Origin: an uncultured Acidobacteriota bacterium | Lineage (GTDB): Bacteria > Acidobacteriota > Thermoanaerobaculia > Gp7-AA8 | DNA: 64,000 nt | Direction of reading: 5' to 3' | NCBI GenBank assembly: GCA_963822445.1 | Contig: CAWGHO010000001.1 | Span: 320,001 to 384,000, forward strand | Shown: positions 1 to 10,179 of the stretch, one piece after another | Layout of the letters: the number at the start of each line of letters is the position of its first letter | Position numbering within the stretch: the stretch's first letter is position 1 | Made by a program: the position numbers and the translations under genes | The notes under the pieces: generated by a model | What the model was told of the DNA's origin: nothing | Databases searched by the model: none | Seen by the model: the letters and a program-made list of their open reading frames with translations, nothing else

Positions 1-22
1 GAAAGGCTACAATTCGCCTCCC

Positions 23-1171
23 ATGCCGCTCATCTATCTCGACAACAACGCCACGACCCGCGTCGCCGACGAGGTCATCGCCGCGATGACCCCCTTCTAC
101 CGCGAGCACTACGGCAACGCCCACGCGATCCACTCCCTGGGCCGCCGGTCCCACGACGCGGTGGAAAGCTCTCGCGCCGCGGTGGCCTCGCTCCTCGACT
201 GCGAGGCCTCGGAGGTCATCTTCACGAGCTGCGGGACCGAGGGGAATGCGATGGTCATTCGGGGCCTGGTCGATCGGAATCCCGAGCGGCGGCAGGTCGT
301 CACCACGTCCGTCGAGCATCCGTCTGTCCTCTCGCTGCTGCGGTCGCTGGAATCGGCGCGCGTCATCGGGCTGACCATCGTGCCCGTCGACACAAATGGT
401 GAGATCGATCTCGATGCGATGACCCGCGCCATTGACGACAAGACCCTGCTCGTCTCGGTGATGCTCGCCCAGAACGAGACCGGCGTCCTGCACCCGGTGG
501 CGAAAATCGCGGAGCTCGCGCATGCGCGCGGCGCGCTGATGCATGTCGATGGCGTCCAGGCGGCGGGCAAAGTCCCGGTCTCGCAGCGCGACCTCGGCGC
601 GGACTTCATGACCATTTCAGGCCACAAGTTCCACGCGCCGAAAGGGATCGGCGCGCTGACCATCCGCCGCGGCCTCGGCCTGAAGCCGTTGTGGCTGGGC
701 GGCGGGCAGGAGCTCGGATTTCGCTCCGGAACCGAGGCGGTGCCTTCGATCGTCGGGCTGGCCACGGCGGCGCGGCTCGCGGGCGAGGCGCTGGCGAGCT
801 ACGAGCGCGTTCGCACGTTGCGCGACAAGCTCGAGTCCTCGATCCTCTCGCGCGTCGAGGAGACTTCGGTGAACGGCGCCGCGCAGCCGCGTCTCGGGAA
901 CACCGCCAACATCTCTTTTCACGACGCCGCCGCGGACGAGGTCGTGCGCGCGCTCGATGCCGAGGGGATTTGCGCGTCAGCCGGTGCGGCGTGTCATTCG
1001 GGGAGCGTCGAGCCGAGCGGCACGATGAAGGCCATGGGCAGACCGCTGCGGATCGCAATGGGAGCGGTGCGGTTCTCCCTGTCGCGCTACACGACCGCGG
1101 AGGAAATCGACCGGGCCCTGGAAGTCATTGCGGACGCTGTGAACAAGTGCCGATACGCTAATTTGGCCTAA
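23..1171 (+). CDS. Cysteine desulfurase (NifS/IscS group I, PLP-dependent)
   Basis: YLDNNATT N-terminus, SGHKFH PLP lysine, SAGAACHSG catalytic Cys loop. Confidence 0.95.
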   Translation: MPLIYLDNNATTRVADEVIAAMTPFYREHYGNAHAIHSLGRRSHDAVESSRAAVASLLDCEASEVIFTSCGTEGNAMVIRGLVDRNPERRQVVTTSVEHPSVLSLLRSLESARVIGLTIVPVDTNGEIDLDAMTRAIDDKTLLVSVMLAQNETGVLHPVAKIAELAHARGALMHVDGVQAAGKVPVSQRDLGADFMTISGHKFHAPKGIGALTIRRGLGLKPLWLGGGQELGFRSGTEAVPSIVGLATAARLAGEALASYERVRTLRDKLESSILSRVEETSVNGAAQPRLGNTANISFHDAAADEVVRALDAEGICASAGAACHSGSVEPSGTMKAMGRPLRIAMGAVRFSLSRYTTAEEIDRALEVIADAVNKCRYANLA

Positions 1172-3373
1172 ATGATCCGCGCCCTACCGGCTGTCTTCCT
1201 TCTCAGTGCCCTTTCCTCCCTCGCAGCCGGCCGCATGCTGCCCCCGCGCGAGCTCGCACCGACGCCGTACTCGACGCACCTGCCGGCGACCGCGTTCGCG
1301 GGCGAGCGCTTTCTCACGGTCTGGTTCGAACAGCGGGCGAACTTCACGCTGATCATGGGAGCGTTCAGCGATGCCGACGGGCAGCGTGTGAGCGAACAGG
1401 CGTTTCCGATCCTCGTGACGCCGATGAACCACTCCCTGCAGCTCCTCGGCACCGGCGATTCCTACGCCATGTTCTGGCGGGACAACCATGGAGAAATGTG
1501 GATGGCGGACCTCAATCTCGCCGGTCACGTCACCGCTCTCCGGTATCTCCCTTTTCTCGCGCACAGCAGCGTCCGCATGGCCTGGAACGGAGCGTTTTTC
1601 CTGGCGCTGGTGTCGCAGCCGACGACCGGGGAGCGGCTGACCGAAGCATTTCTGCTCGACCGCGAAGGGCGGATCGTGCGACCGGCCGTTCCGGTGGGCG
1701 GGCAACCGCTCTGGTTCGACATCGCGGCGGGAGCGGAAGTGTTCACGGTCGTCACGGGCGGCTGGGACGGCCTGTTCGCGCATCGGGTGGCGATCGACGG
1801 CACGTCCGTGGCCACGACCATCGAGCGCTCAACGACCGCGTCTCGCGCACTACGCGCGGTGGCCATCGCGAAAGAGAACGGGGACGTGCTCGTGATCTGG
1901 TCAGCATCCGGAGTCGATGTCGCCGATCTCAAGTCGGTCGTCCTTCGTCCGAACGGCGAGCTTTCCGAGGTCCATGTCGCCGGGAAAGCCGGAGTTGCAC
2001 CCATTCATCTGATGCCGGCCGGCGATGGGTACCTGCTCGCAACTCTTGCTCCTACCGAGGCAGGTCGTCACGCAATCTCGTCGATGGCGGTGGGTGCTGA
2101 TGGCTCGTTCGGTGCCGTCTCCACTACCGCGATCGAGATCGCGAATTGGCGAGCGACGGCGGCATCGAACGGCGCCGTGATTCAGGTCGTCGCCAACCCG
2201 GTCGTTCCAGCAGTCTCGCAGATCGCGAGCGTCGCTCTCAGCCCGAACGGAACCGCAACCGGACCGGCGGTCCTTTCCAACGGCCGCGGGCGGCAACTCC
2301 AGCCCGCGCTTGGCGCCGGAGGCGGCACGTTCCTCATCAGCTGGCCGGATCAGAACGCGGAAGACACGTTGATCCGGACGACGACGATCAACGCGCTCGG
2401 CGACCTCTCCACCGTCCGCACGCTTCAGCCCCCCGCATTCCTCGGCGCGAACGACCTCGCCTGGAACGGCAGCGAATATCTCGCACTCACCTGGAGCGGG
2501 ACCTGGCTGATGGCGCGCCGCGTCGCGTTCGACGGCGCGCCGATCGATGCGGAGCCGATCGTCGTGGCCACGGACGCGCAAAACGCAAACTCGAACCCGA
2601 CGGCAGCTCTGACGTGGGCCGATGATCGCTGGGTGGTGGTGTACCCGTCCGGCGAAGAGATGATGTTCGCGACGGTATCGCGCGCCGGCGTGGTGACGCC
2701 GCCGCGGTCGTTGTCACTCGCCACTCCCCTTCCCCCGAACACAGAGCGGCTTTTCACCGATCGTCCCGCGATCGCCTTCGATGGCCGCCGCCTGCTGATG
2801 GTCTGGTCCGAGAAGCGACTGATCCCGTGCCCATTCCCGATCTGCGACTTCCCGCCCGATGAAGCATTCGCGATCCGGCTCGACCGCGACGGCAACGTTC
2901 TCGACGCCGAGGCGTTGCGCCTTCCGGATGAAGCGGCATCCGGGGCGGCCATCGCGACGAGCGGCGAGGAGTTTCTCGTCATTCCAAACTTCCTGATGCG
3001 TGCGTTCGTCATCGACGGCGACCGGATTTCGCTGCAGATCGCGTCGTCCACGCCGTTGCTCGAAGGTGCATCTGCGATGGCCGACGTCCTGTGGGACGGC
3101 GCGCATTACGTCGTCGCACTCCGCTACCAGCAGAACTTCGCGTGGCACGTCGGTCTGGTGCGACTGGATCGCCGCGGCGACGAGGTCGAGCCGTTGCGCG
3201 CGGCGGTGACGCGAGCACCGGAGACCTTCACCGCACCGAGCATCGCCGTTGCGCCGGGCCTTGGAACGCTGATCGCGACTCAGGAACGCGATCTCGTCAA
3301 TGGCGCGCGCGCGATCGTGTATCGCGAGGACGAGTTGAATCCTCAACCGACGCGGCGGCGATCGGTGCGTTAG
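1172..3373 (+). CDS. Secreted beta-rich repeat protein with C-terminal RRRSVR tail
   Basis: 733-aa ORF abutting upstream stop; signal peptide; recurring WNG/WDG-x-Y/F-L-V motifs; ends PQPTRRRSVR. Confidence 0.8.
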   Translation: MIRALPAVFLLSALSSLAAGRMLPPRELAPTPYSTHLPATAFAGERFLTVWFEQRANFTLIMGAFSDADGQRVSEQAFPILVTPMNHSLQLLGTGDSYAMFWRDNHGEMWMADLNLAGHVTALRYLPFLAHSSVRMAWNGAFFLALVSQPTTGERLTEAFLLDREGRIVRPAVPVGGQPLWFDIAAGAEVFTVVTGGWDGLFAHRVAIDGTSVATTIERSTTASRALRAVAIAKENGDVLVIWSASGVDVADLKSVVLRPNGELSEVHVAGKAGVAPIHLMPAGDGYLLATLAPTEAGRHAISSMAVGADGSFGAVSTTAIEIANWRATAASNGAVIQVVANPVVPAVSQIASVALSPNGTATGPAVLSNGRGRQLQPALGAGGGTFLISWPDQNAEDTLIRTTTINALGDLSTVRTLQPPAFLGANDLAWNGSEYLALTWSGTWLMARRVAFDGAPIDAEPIVVATDAQNANSNPTAALTWADDRWVVVYPSGEEMMFATVSRAGVVTPPRSLSLATPLPPNTERLFTDRPAIAFDGRRLLMVWSEKRLIPCPFPICDFPPDEAFAIRLDRDGNVLDAEALRLPDEAASGAAIATSGEEFLVIPNFLMRAFVIDGDRISLQIASSTPLLEGASAMADVLWDGAHYVVALRYQQNFAWHVGLVRLDRRGDEVEPLRAAVTRAPETFTAPSIAVAPGLGTLIATQERDLVNGARAIVYREDELNPQPTRRRSVR

Positions 3374-3795
3374 TCAGCAACGCGCGACCAGCACCACTCG
3401 TCACCGTCCTTGCCGTCGTCGACGCGCGCGCACAGCTTGCCGTCGCGCAGCTCGTAGACGATCCGCTTCGGGAAATCGTGCTGCGGATTCGCGAAGACGA
3501 CCCTCCCCGGTTTCGATTCGACGAGCAGGAACGACACCGGCGGCTTGCCGCCAGGCTGGGCGATGTAGGCGATGCCGTCGGGCGTCTTCGCGATCCGGAT
3601 GAACTCGAACGCCACCTTGCCGGTCTTCCTCACCGTGCGGCTCATGCCGAGCATCAGATTCCCTTTCGGGGCGAGCCACAGCTCTTCGACTTCCCCTTCG
3701 GACCAGTGACCGCTGATCCAGGCCAGATCATCGACGACCGGTTCGGCCGCGGACAGAGGCAACGCGAGAAGGAGAAGCAGCAGGAGTCGGCGCAT
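3370..3795 (-). CDS. DUF6265-like secreted protein
   Basis: Signal peptide MRRLLLLLLLALPLSA; LAWISGHW, EELW, FENP-like FANPQHDFPKRIVY motifs. Confidence 0.8.
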   Translation of the reverse strand: MRRLLLLLLLALPLSAAEPVVDDLAWISGHWSEGEVEELWLAPKGNLMLGMSRTVRKTGKVAFEFIRIAKTPDGIAYIAQPGGKPPVSFLLVESKPGRVVFANPQHDFPKRIVYELRDGKLCARVDDGKDGDEWCWSRVAD

Positions 3796-3805
3796 GACGG
3801 ACAGA

Positions 3806-4561
3806 TTAGCCGTTCGTGACGCGGCCGTCTTGGAGAAACCGGACACCGAGGCCGGGCGGGAGCTCGATCCAGCGCGAGGGGGAAAGTCCGGCCATGCTCC
3901 GGAACTCGTTCACCAGATGCGGCTGATCGCAGAAGCCCGCGTCCGTGGCCACGTCTGCGGCTGTCGCTCCACCGCGCAACAGCGATGCGGCGCGATTCAA
4001 ACGGCACACGCGCGCGAGCGTTTTCGGAGTGAGGCCGTGGGAACGTTCGAACGCGCGATTCAGCGTGCGAATCGAAACGCCGCACAGCTCGGCCAATCGC
4101 GAAATGGAAATGCGTCCGGCGGTGCGACGAATGGCTGCTGCCGCGTGCTCCGCGAGCGCGTCGCGCTGCGCGTCGCCGAATTCGTTGCCGATGATCGCGA
4201 CGCGCTCCTCATCACCCGCCCCCGCCAGCCGCTCGTACAGATTCGTCCGCAGCTCGAGCATCCGATCGCGAACCTCGCTAAGCGGCGCGCCGATGACCGA
4301 CGTCGCCCGTCCGTCGCGCAGCGTCACGCCCATGAAATCCGCGCGGCCCGAAGGCTGGATGGTGACCGCGCGACGCGTCTCCCCGGAAAGCATGGCTCGC
4401 GGCTGCGGCGAACCGTCCTGCATCACCACATCGCCGAAGTTGAAGATCAGCTCGAAGCGGCCGTCGGGAAGAATGGTCTCGCGGCCACCACTCCCGCCTC
4501 GCGCGAACCAGACCCGTTCGATCGGGGACCACTCTGGCAGCGCGACTTGGCGAAAGTCCAT
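3806..4561 (-). CDS. AraC-family transcriptional regulator (DUF6597-type N-terminus)
   Basis: ILPDGRFELIF N-domain; C-terminal HTH with GFCDQPHLVNEFRSMAGLSP. Confidence 0.9.
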   Translation of the reverse strand: MDFRQVALPEWSPIERVWFARGGSGGRETILPDGRFELIFNFGDVVMQDGSPQPRAMLSGETRRAVTIQPSGRADFMGVTLRDGRATSVIGAPLSEVRDRMLELRTNLYERLAGAGDEERVAIIGNEFGDAQRDALAEHAAAAIRRTAGRISISRLAELCGVSIRTLNRAFERSHGLTPKTLARVCRLNRAASLLRGGATAADVATDAGFCDQPHLVNEFRSMAGLSPSRWIELPPGLGVRFLQDGRVTNG

Positions 4562-5076
4562 CAGAGGACGATCGTGTAGCCGAGGGTCTTCAGATCGGGC
4601 ATGCGGTCGAGATAGACGTGGCCGTCGGTGTGATCGATCTCGTGCTGGAAGATGCGCGCGGTGAAGTCCTCGACCTCGAGCTCGAGCGGATCGCCGTCGT
4701 GGTCGTATCCGCGAAGGCGCACCTTTTTGTGACGCGGGGTTTCGCCGCCGAGGAAGGGCACGCTCAGGCAGCCTTCCCAGTCGGTGATCCGGTCCGTGCC
4801 CACCGGTTCATACGTCGCGTTGAAGATCGCGCCCGCGCCGACCTGCTTCACCCCGCGGCGCTTGGCCACGCGCTCCTGCACCTCGAACACGAACACGCGA
4901 ATCGGCAGATGCACCTGCGGTCCGGCCAGGCCGACGCCCTCGTAGGCGTGCATCGTCTCGACCATGTCCTCGATCAGCGTGCGGAACTTTCCGGCCTTGA
5001 TGTCCTTCAGTTCCACGTCCGACGCCTTCTGGCGCAGAACGGGATGACCGAGGCGGGACACTTTCAGAATTGCCAT
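4561..5076 (-). CDS. def: Peptide deformylase
   Basis: GVGLAGPQ, EGCLS, QHEIDH motifs. Confidence 0.97.
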   Translation of the reverse strand: MAILKVSRLGHPVLRQKASDVELKDIKAGKFRTLIEDMVETMHAYEGVGLAGPQVHLPIRVFVFEVQERVAKRRGVKQVGAGAIFNATYEPVGTDRITDWEGCLSVPFLGGETPRHKKVRLRGYDHDGDPLELEVEDFTARIFQHEIDHTDGHVYLDRMPDLKTLGYTIVL

Positions 5077-5085
5077 GGCCGGAGT

Positions 5086-6267
5086 TTATCCAGTTCGCAT
5101 GCGCATCGCGATCACCAGCGCGAGGATCATCAGCACCGCACCGCCGTAAAACGCGCCGGCCGCCTGCGCCCAGTCGTACAGAAATCCGGCGAGAATCGGA
5201 CCGACGAATCGGGCCAGCGATCCGACGGACGTGGCCAGGCCGAGCATGCTTCCCCGCTCCGCTTCCGGCGCCGCTTTCGACACGAGCGAGATCAGCGCGG
5301 GATAGCAGAGCCCCTGGCCGACGCCGATGAAGAATCCGGCCGCGTAAAGCAGCGGAACGGAATGGATCGACGGCACGGCGAGGAAGCCGATCGCGAACGA
5401 CACCGCGCCGGTGACGATCACGCCTTTCTCGCCGAGCTTCTTCACGATACGGCCGAGGAGACCGCCCTGGATCGTGGCCACGATCACGCCGATGAAAAGA
5501 AACATGTACGCCATGTCGAGCTGCTGGAAGTTGAAGCGGTCGCGCCCATGCAGCGTGACGCTGATCTCCATTCCGGCAACGGCGAGCAGCGTCAGAAACA
5601 GGCCCGCCAGCAGCGGCGCGAGGATGGGATTGCTGATCATTTCCCGCCACAGCCGCGGATCGAATTGCGGCGGCAGTCCGGATCGCGGAACGAGATCGCG
5701 CGGCTTGGATTCGGCAAGGACGCTCAGCCCGATCAGAAACGCGGTGAACGACATCCCCGCCGCGACGAGACCAGGCAGCAGGTTTCCGGCAAGGCCATTC
5801 TTCGTCCCGATCGAGGAGAGGATGCCGCTCATCGGCGGGCCGAGAATGAAACCGAGGCCGAACGCCGCGCCGATCAGCCCCATCCCCTTCGCACGATTCT
5901 CCTCGGTCGTCGAATCAGCGATGTAGGCCTGGGCCGTGCCGATGTTCGCGCCGCCGATGCCGGCAATCACGCGCGACGCGAAGAGCACGGTCAGGCTCCG
6001 CGTGAAGGCGAACAGGAGGTAACCGGTGAAACTCGCGGTGAGGCTGATCAACAACACCGGCCGGCGGCCGACGCGATCGGACAGCCTCCCCCACACCGGC
6101 GCGAAGAAGAACTGCATGATCGAGTAGACGCCCACCACCGCCCCGACGGCGATGCCGCTCGCGCCGTACTCGCGGGCGTAGTACGAGAGGAACGGGATCA
6201 CCATTCCGAACCCGATCAGATCGATGAAGACGGTCAGGAAGAGGACGAAGAGGGAGGCGCGGCGCAT
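5086..6267 (-). CDS. MFS transporter (TetA/DHA1-like)
   Basis: GRLSDRVGRRPVLL motif A; about 12 hydrophobic segments. Confidence 0.92.
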   Translation of the reverse strand: MRRASLFVLFLTVFIDLIGFGMVIPFLSYYAREYGASGIAVGAVVGVYSIMQFFFAPVWGRLSDRVGRRPVLLISLTASFTGYLLFAFTRSLTVLFASRVIAGIGGANIGTAQAYIADSTTEENRAKGMGLIGAAFGLGFILGPPMSGILSSIGTKNGLAGNLLPGLVAAGMSFTAFLIGLSVLAESKPRDLVPRSGLPPQFDPRLWREMISNPILAPLLAGLFLTLLAVAGMEISVTLHGRDRFNFQQLDMAYMFLFIGVIVATIQGGLLGRIVKKLGEKGVIVTGAVSFAIGFLAVPSIHSVPLLYAAGFFIGVGQGLCYPALISLVSKAAPEAERGSMLGLATSVGSLARFVGPILAGFLYDWAQAAGAFYGGAVLMILALVIAMRMRTG

Positions 6268-6268
6268 G

Positions 6269-6343
6269 AAAGGCTCAAAGGCTCAGAGGCTCAACGGCGC
6301 GGAGAAAGGCTTTGAGCCTTTGCGCCTTTGAGCCTTGAAGCCT
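6269..6343. repeat. Inverted tandem-octamer element (AAGGCTCA)n ... (TGAGCCTT)n
   Basis: aaggctca aaggctca gaggctca ... tgagcctt tgcgcctt tgagcctt. Confidence 0.9.
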
Positions 6344-7656
6344 CACTTGACGACGTGCCACTCCGTTTGTCTTCCAGCCAGATACCGCACGACTCGCCCA
6401 TCGAACACCGCCGACTGCTCGAGCTTGATCTGCACGAGCTGTCCGTCCCACTCCGGCACTGCGACCTTGACGTTGCCTTCGATCGCGTACGCGGTGTTGG
6501 GACTGAGCTTCCAGTCGCCGAGAACCGGCGTTGGGCCCTGGTTGTCCCACATGCCGATGGTCGGGCCGGCGGCGTGGCCGAAGAAGCCGAGGGGGTGGGT
6601 GTAGATGCTGGCGTTGATCTTCTCCTTCTCGGACGCCGTGCGCGCGAGGGCGAGGATCTCGTTGCCGGTGCGCCCGGAGACGAAGCCGCCCGTCAGCAGG
6701 TCCTGCCAGCGATTGCCTGTCGCCAGCGCCTTCTTCAACCCTGCCGGCACGTCGTCTTCGCCGAGGCGGAGGACGTAGCCCATTTCCTGCGTGTCGGTGT
6801 TGAGGCGGAGGTAGGTGATGCCTACATCCGTGTGCAGCACGTCGCCGCGCTGAATCACGCCGTCCTCGCCGCAGAACGATGTGGCCATCTCGCACTTCAG
6901 GCCGGGGCGCTGGATGTTGACGTAGGGCATGAACCAGATCGGCAGGCCGAGATCGGCGTAGCGCTGGCGGATGTACCAGGCCACGTCGTCGGTGGTGGTG
7001 ACGCCGGGCGTGATGACGTCCGCGGAGAACGCTTCCTTCACCACCGATCGGGCGAGAGCGACGATGCTCGGATAAACCTCGAGCTCGCGCGCGGTTCGCG
7101 TTTCCAGCCAGCGCACGACGAGGGTTTCCGCGCTGACCACGCGCTCGCGGAGCGGCGCGTCGAGCACGGACATCAGCCGCTCGTGCAATCCGTGAGTGAG
7201 GCCGTCGGCGAAGGGCCAGTTGCGGCTGACGTCGATGGCGATCTTCTTCGGATCGCGCTCGCGGATGATCTGGCCGAGACGGGTCCATTGGGCGTCGAGG
7301 TCGCCGCCTTCCCAGGCAGCGTCGTAGAAGCCGCGATGCGGATAGCGGCTGACGGTGAGCCGCTCCACGCCCTTCTCCGGACCGCGGTCGAAGAAGACCA
7401 GCATGGTCGTGCGGCGCGCGGCGAAGGTCGGCTCCGGAACGATGGTCAGGTAAACCGGATCCTCGGCATATTCGCGGTTGATGATCACCCACATGTCGAT
7501 CCCCGTCTCCCGCATCAGCTTCGGGAGGAGGTTGTCGAGGCGATCCTTCAGCATCGCGTTGACGGCGTCGGGACGGGCGCGCTCAGGAAGAACGGCGGGC
7601 GGTGCGGCGAGAAGAGGAAGGGTGAGTGTGGCGAGGAGGAAAAGGCGTCGCAGCAT
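6343..7656 (-). CDS. Secreted Xaa-Pro aminopeptidase family (M24) protein
   Basis: Signal peptide; GDVLHTDVG, NTDTQ, YTHPLG, AIEGN metal ligands. Confidence 0.9.
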   Translation of the reverse strand: MLRRLFLLATLTLPLLAAPPAVLPERARPDAVNAMLKDRLDNLLPKLMRETGIDMWVIINREYAEDPVYLTIVPEPTFAARRTTMLVFFDRGPEKGVERLTVSRYPHRGFYDAAWEGGDLDAQWTRLGQIIRERDPKKIAIDVSRNWPFADGLTHGLHERLMSVLDAPLRERVVSAETLVVRWLETRTARELEVYPSIVALARSVVKEAFSADVITPGVTTTDDVAWYIRQRYADLGLPIWFMPYVNIQRPGLKCEMATSFCGEDGVIQRGDVLHTDVGITYLRLNTDTQEMGYVLRLGEDDVPAGLKKALATGNRWQDLLTGGFVSGRTGNEILALARTASEKEKINASIYTHPLGFFGHAAGPTIGMWDNQGPTPVLGDWKLSPNTAYAIEGNVKVAVPEWDGQLVQIKLEQSAVFDGRVVRYLAGRQTEWHVVK

Positions 7657-7671
7657 GGACGCGTATCGTAT

Positions 7672-7710
7672 TCGGGTTGTCGGGTTCTTGCCCCGACAAC
7701 CCGACAACCT
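7672..7710. repeat. Inverted tandem-octamer element (TCGGGTTG)n ... (CCGACAAC)n
   Basis: tcgggttgtcgggttc ttgcc ccgacaacccgacaacc. Confidence 0.75.
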
Positions 7711-7716
7711 TCGGAC

Positions 7717-8352
7717 TTACGGCTTGACCTGAATGTTGCCCGCGCCCTGGGCCACGTCCTCCAGCGCATACGCGCCAACGGGGAAGCTGGCGCAGCTGAT
7801 GTCCGTGCTCGGATGCGACGGCACGCCGGGATCATCGTTGCGCTCGAAGTCCGTGGCGAGCCAGGTCAGCCCGACACCTGTGTCGACCGTGAGATCGGCA
7901 TCGGACGGCACCCAGCCCGACTCCTGGGCGCGGTAGAGACCCCAGGTGAAGCGGTCGATCGGCTTCTTCACGCCTTCGCCGCCATCTTCGACGGCGAGAA
8001 TCGCGCGGACGCCGACGAAGTTGGGAACCGATGATTCGGTGATCTCGCCGCTCATGACCGCCCGGCTTCCGGTGATGGTCAGGCAGTCGAATTCGACCGT
8101 CATCGACAGGTTGCTGACCAGGCCGCCCGGTCCGGAGTTACCGGTGCCGTCGACGTCCTGATCGGGGATTTCCTCGGCGCCGACGAAGGTCATGCTCCCC
8201 TTCGTCTGACCGTTGGAATCGATGCGGGCGTTGAACTGGATCGACTTGGCGAACCCGCCCGCGTTGAACTGAAAGTCGCCGTTGGCGGACGGACCGCTGT
8301 TCTGGGCGACCACTGGCAGGGCCAGCGCCAAAAGGATAAGTGCGCTCTTCAT
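7717..8352 (-). CDS. Secreted hypothetical protein
   Basis: 211-aa ORF with signal peptide, GAGGAG RBS, typical codon usage. Confidence 0.75.
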   Translation of the reverse strand: MKSALILLALALPVVAQNSGPSANGDFQFNAGGFAKSIQFNARIDSNGQTKGSMTFVGAEEIPDQDVDGTGNSGPGGLVSNLSMTVEFDCLTITGSRAVMSGEITESSVPNFVGVRAILAVEDGGEGVKKPIDRFTWGLYRAQESGWVPSDADLTVDTGVGLTWLATDFERNDDPGVPSHPSTDISCASFPVGAYALEDVAQGAGNIQVKP

Positions 8353-8462
8353 GCTTCAAACTCCTCGGCCTGATTGTTTGGGGGATCTGGAAGCAAACAC
8401 ATTAATACGGACATCTTCCCCGACGTGTGAGAAAAATCACATCGCGGTACCCTGCGGCGCAA

Positions 8463-9149
8463 ATGCGCTTGGTCCTTTTCGACATCGACGGCACGATCCT
8501 GACCGACCGGGGAGCGTCCCGGGACGCCTTCCGGGTCGCGCTGGAGGCCGTTTACGGCTACGACGGCGACCTTTCCCGCTACGATTTTTCCGGCCGCACC
8601 GATCCCCAGATCGCCCGGATGGTCCTGCGCGATCAAGGGCTTACGGATGATTCGATCGATGATCATCTCCCCCGCCTCTGGGAGATCTACCTGGAAGGCC
8701 TGGCCCGCAACGCGACGACCGAGCGGGTTCGCGTGCTCCCGGGCGTCCGCGAACTGGTGGCAGCCCTTCACGAGCATGAGGACGTCGTCCTTGGCCTACT
8801 GACCGGAAACATCGAGCCCGGCGCGCGGCTGAAGCTCGGAGGCGCGGAGATGAACGGCTACTTTGCCTTTGGAGCCTTTGGCAGCGACTCAGCGGATCGG
8901 ACCAAGCTCCCTCCGATCGCCGTGGAGCGTGCGTCGGAGCATTGCCACCATCAGTTCAGCGGCGCGGAGGTGGTGATCATCGGCGACTCGGTCTACGACG
9001 TCCGCTGCGGCGTGCCGTACGAAGCCACGACGATTGCCGTCGCATCGGGAAAGACAGCGCTGGAAACACTTCGCGCCGAGAACCCTCGGCACCTTTTCGA
9101 AAGTGCCGCGGACCTCGGCGCGTTGATGAATGCGATTCTGGGGAGCTAG
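8463..9149 (+). CDS. HAD-superfamily hydrolase
   Basis: LFDIDGT motif I, LLTGN, IIGDS..D motif IV. Confidence 0.92.
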   Translation: MRLVLFDIDGTILTDRGASRDAFRVALEAVYGYDGDLSRYDFSGRTDPQIARMVLRDQGLTDDSIDDHLPRLWEIYLEGLARNATTERVRVLPGVRELVAALHEHEDVVLGLLTGNIEPGARLKLGGAEMNGYFAFGAFGSDSADRTKLPPIAVERASEHCHHQFSGAEVVIIGDSVYDVRCGVPYEATTIAVASGKTALETLRAENPRHLFESAADLGALMNAILGS

Positions 9150-10000
9150 TCGTCGTCGCGGCGATGGCGCTCGGGGATGCTCACCTTGCCAGCCACGCGC
9201 GCGAAATCGATTCCGCCGCTGCCCTTGCTCGAGACGGTGAAGCGTCCGCCGACGTCGGCCACGTCGACTCCGCCGGAGCCGTCGTTGTCGACGAGCACGT
9301 CGCCGCGCACGTTCTGGACGGCGATCGAGCCCGAGCCGTCTTCGCGGATGCGCAGCGAACCGGTGACGCGCGCGACGGTGATCGAGCCGGAGTCGTCCTC
9401 GATCTCGATGTTGCCCTGAATGTTCTTCGCGATGATCTCGCCGGAGTCGTCTTCGATGACCACGTTGCCGGCCACGCCGTCGATGTCGATCGAGCCGGAA
9501 TCGTCATTGATGACCAGACCGCCGCTGATGTTGCGCACTTCGATGGAGCCGGAGTCGTCGTCGATCTTCGTGGCGCCGGTGTTGGCGACGTGAATCGAGC
9601 CGCTGTCGTCGTCGATCACGACCGGCATTCCGGTCGGGACGCTGACGCTGAAGTCGAGGCGTGCGCTGAAGAAGCCGAAGACCACCGACTTCTCGGGGAT
9701 GTCCGCGGTGATGTGCAGTTCGCCTCCCTGCCGGCGGGTGGTGAGGCTCATGCGGTCGAGGAAATCGCGCTCGGAGGTGCAGGCCGTGCCGGCCGCGACG
9801 AACTGGGTGAGACCGTTCGTGCCTTCGACTTTCAGTGAGCCCGACTCGGCGTGAACGACTACTTTCGTGACGCCCGCGAGCGGAGCGTTGACGCGGCGGG
9901 CCGCGGTGTACTGGCAGTCGTCCTGACCGAAGAGACCGCCCCCGGCGAAGGCGGTGGTTGCCACGAGCGTGGTCGCTGCTGCGATCGCTGCGAGTTTCAT
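9146..10000 (-). CDS. Secreted DUF4097/adhesin-like beta-solenoid protein
   Basis: Signal peptide; about 8 tandem DDSGSI-type repeats. Confidence 0.85.
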   Translation of the reverse strand: MKLAAIAAATTLVATTAFAGGGLFGQDDCQYTAARRVNAPLAGVTKVVVHAESGSLKVEGTNGLTQFVAAGTACTSERDFLDRMSLTTRRQGGELHITADIPEKSVVFGFFSARLDFSVSVPTGMPVVIDDDSGSIHVANTGATKIDDDSGSIEVRNISGGLVINDDSGSIDIDGVAGNVVIEDDSGEIIAKNIQGNIEIEDDSGSITVARVTGSLRIREDGSGSIAVQNVRGDVLVDNDGSGGVDVADVGGRFTVSSKGSGGIDFARVAGKVSIPERHRRDDD

Positions 10001-10070
10001 CGGATTCCCTCCATCTCGAGTACTGCTTACGGAACGTCGCGGGAGGGGTTTCAATTCGTTGCCGCTCGTT

Positions 10071-10093
10071 GCCGGCGAGGACGCCGGCGGTCC
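10071..10093. repeat. REP-like GC palindrome (IS target, left part)
   Basis: gccggcgaggacgccggcggtcc; same family as copies at 47661-47755. Confidence 0.75.
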
Positions 10094-10179
10094 AGATGAG
10101 ATGAGAAGGCCAACCTCCCACGCAGTCGCAGGAATCTGCGCTGCAAGGAATGCGTCGAGCGCAAGAAAGGAGATTGGCC

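Noticed and set aside
9200-9620. Periodic GAGCCGGAGTCGTC DNA repeats
   Set aside because: They reflect DDSGSI protein repeats of the DUF4097-like gene
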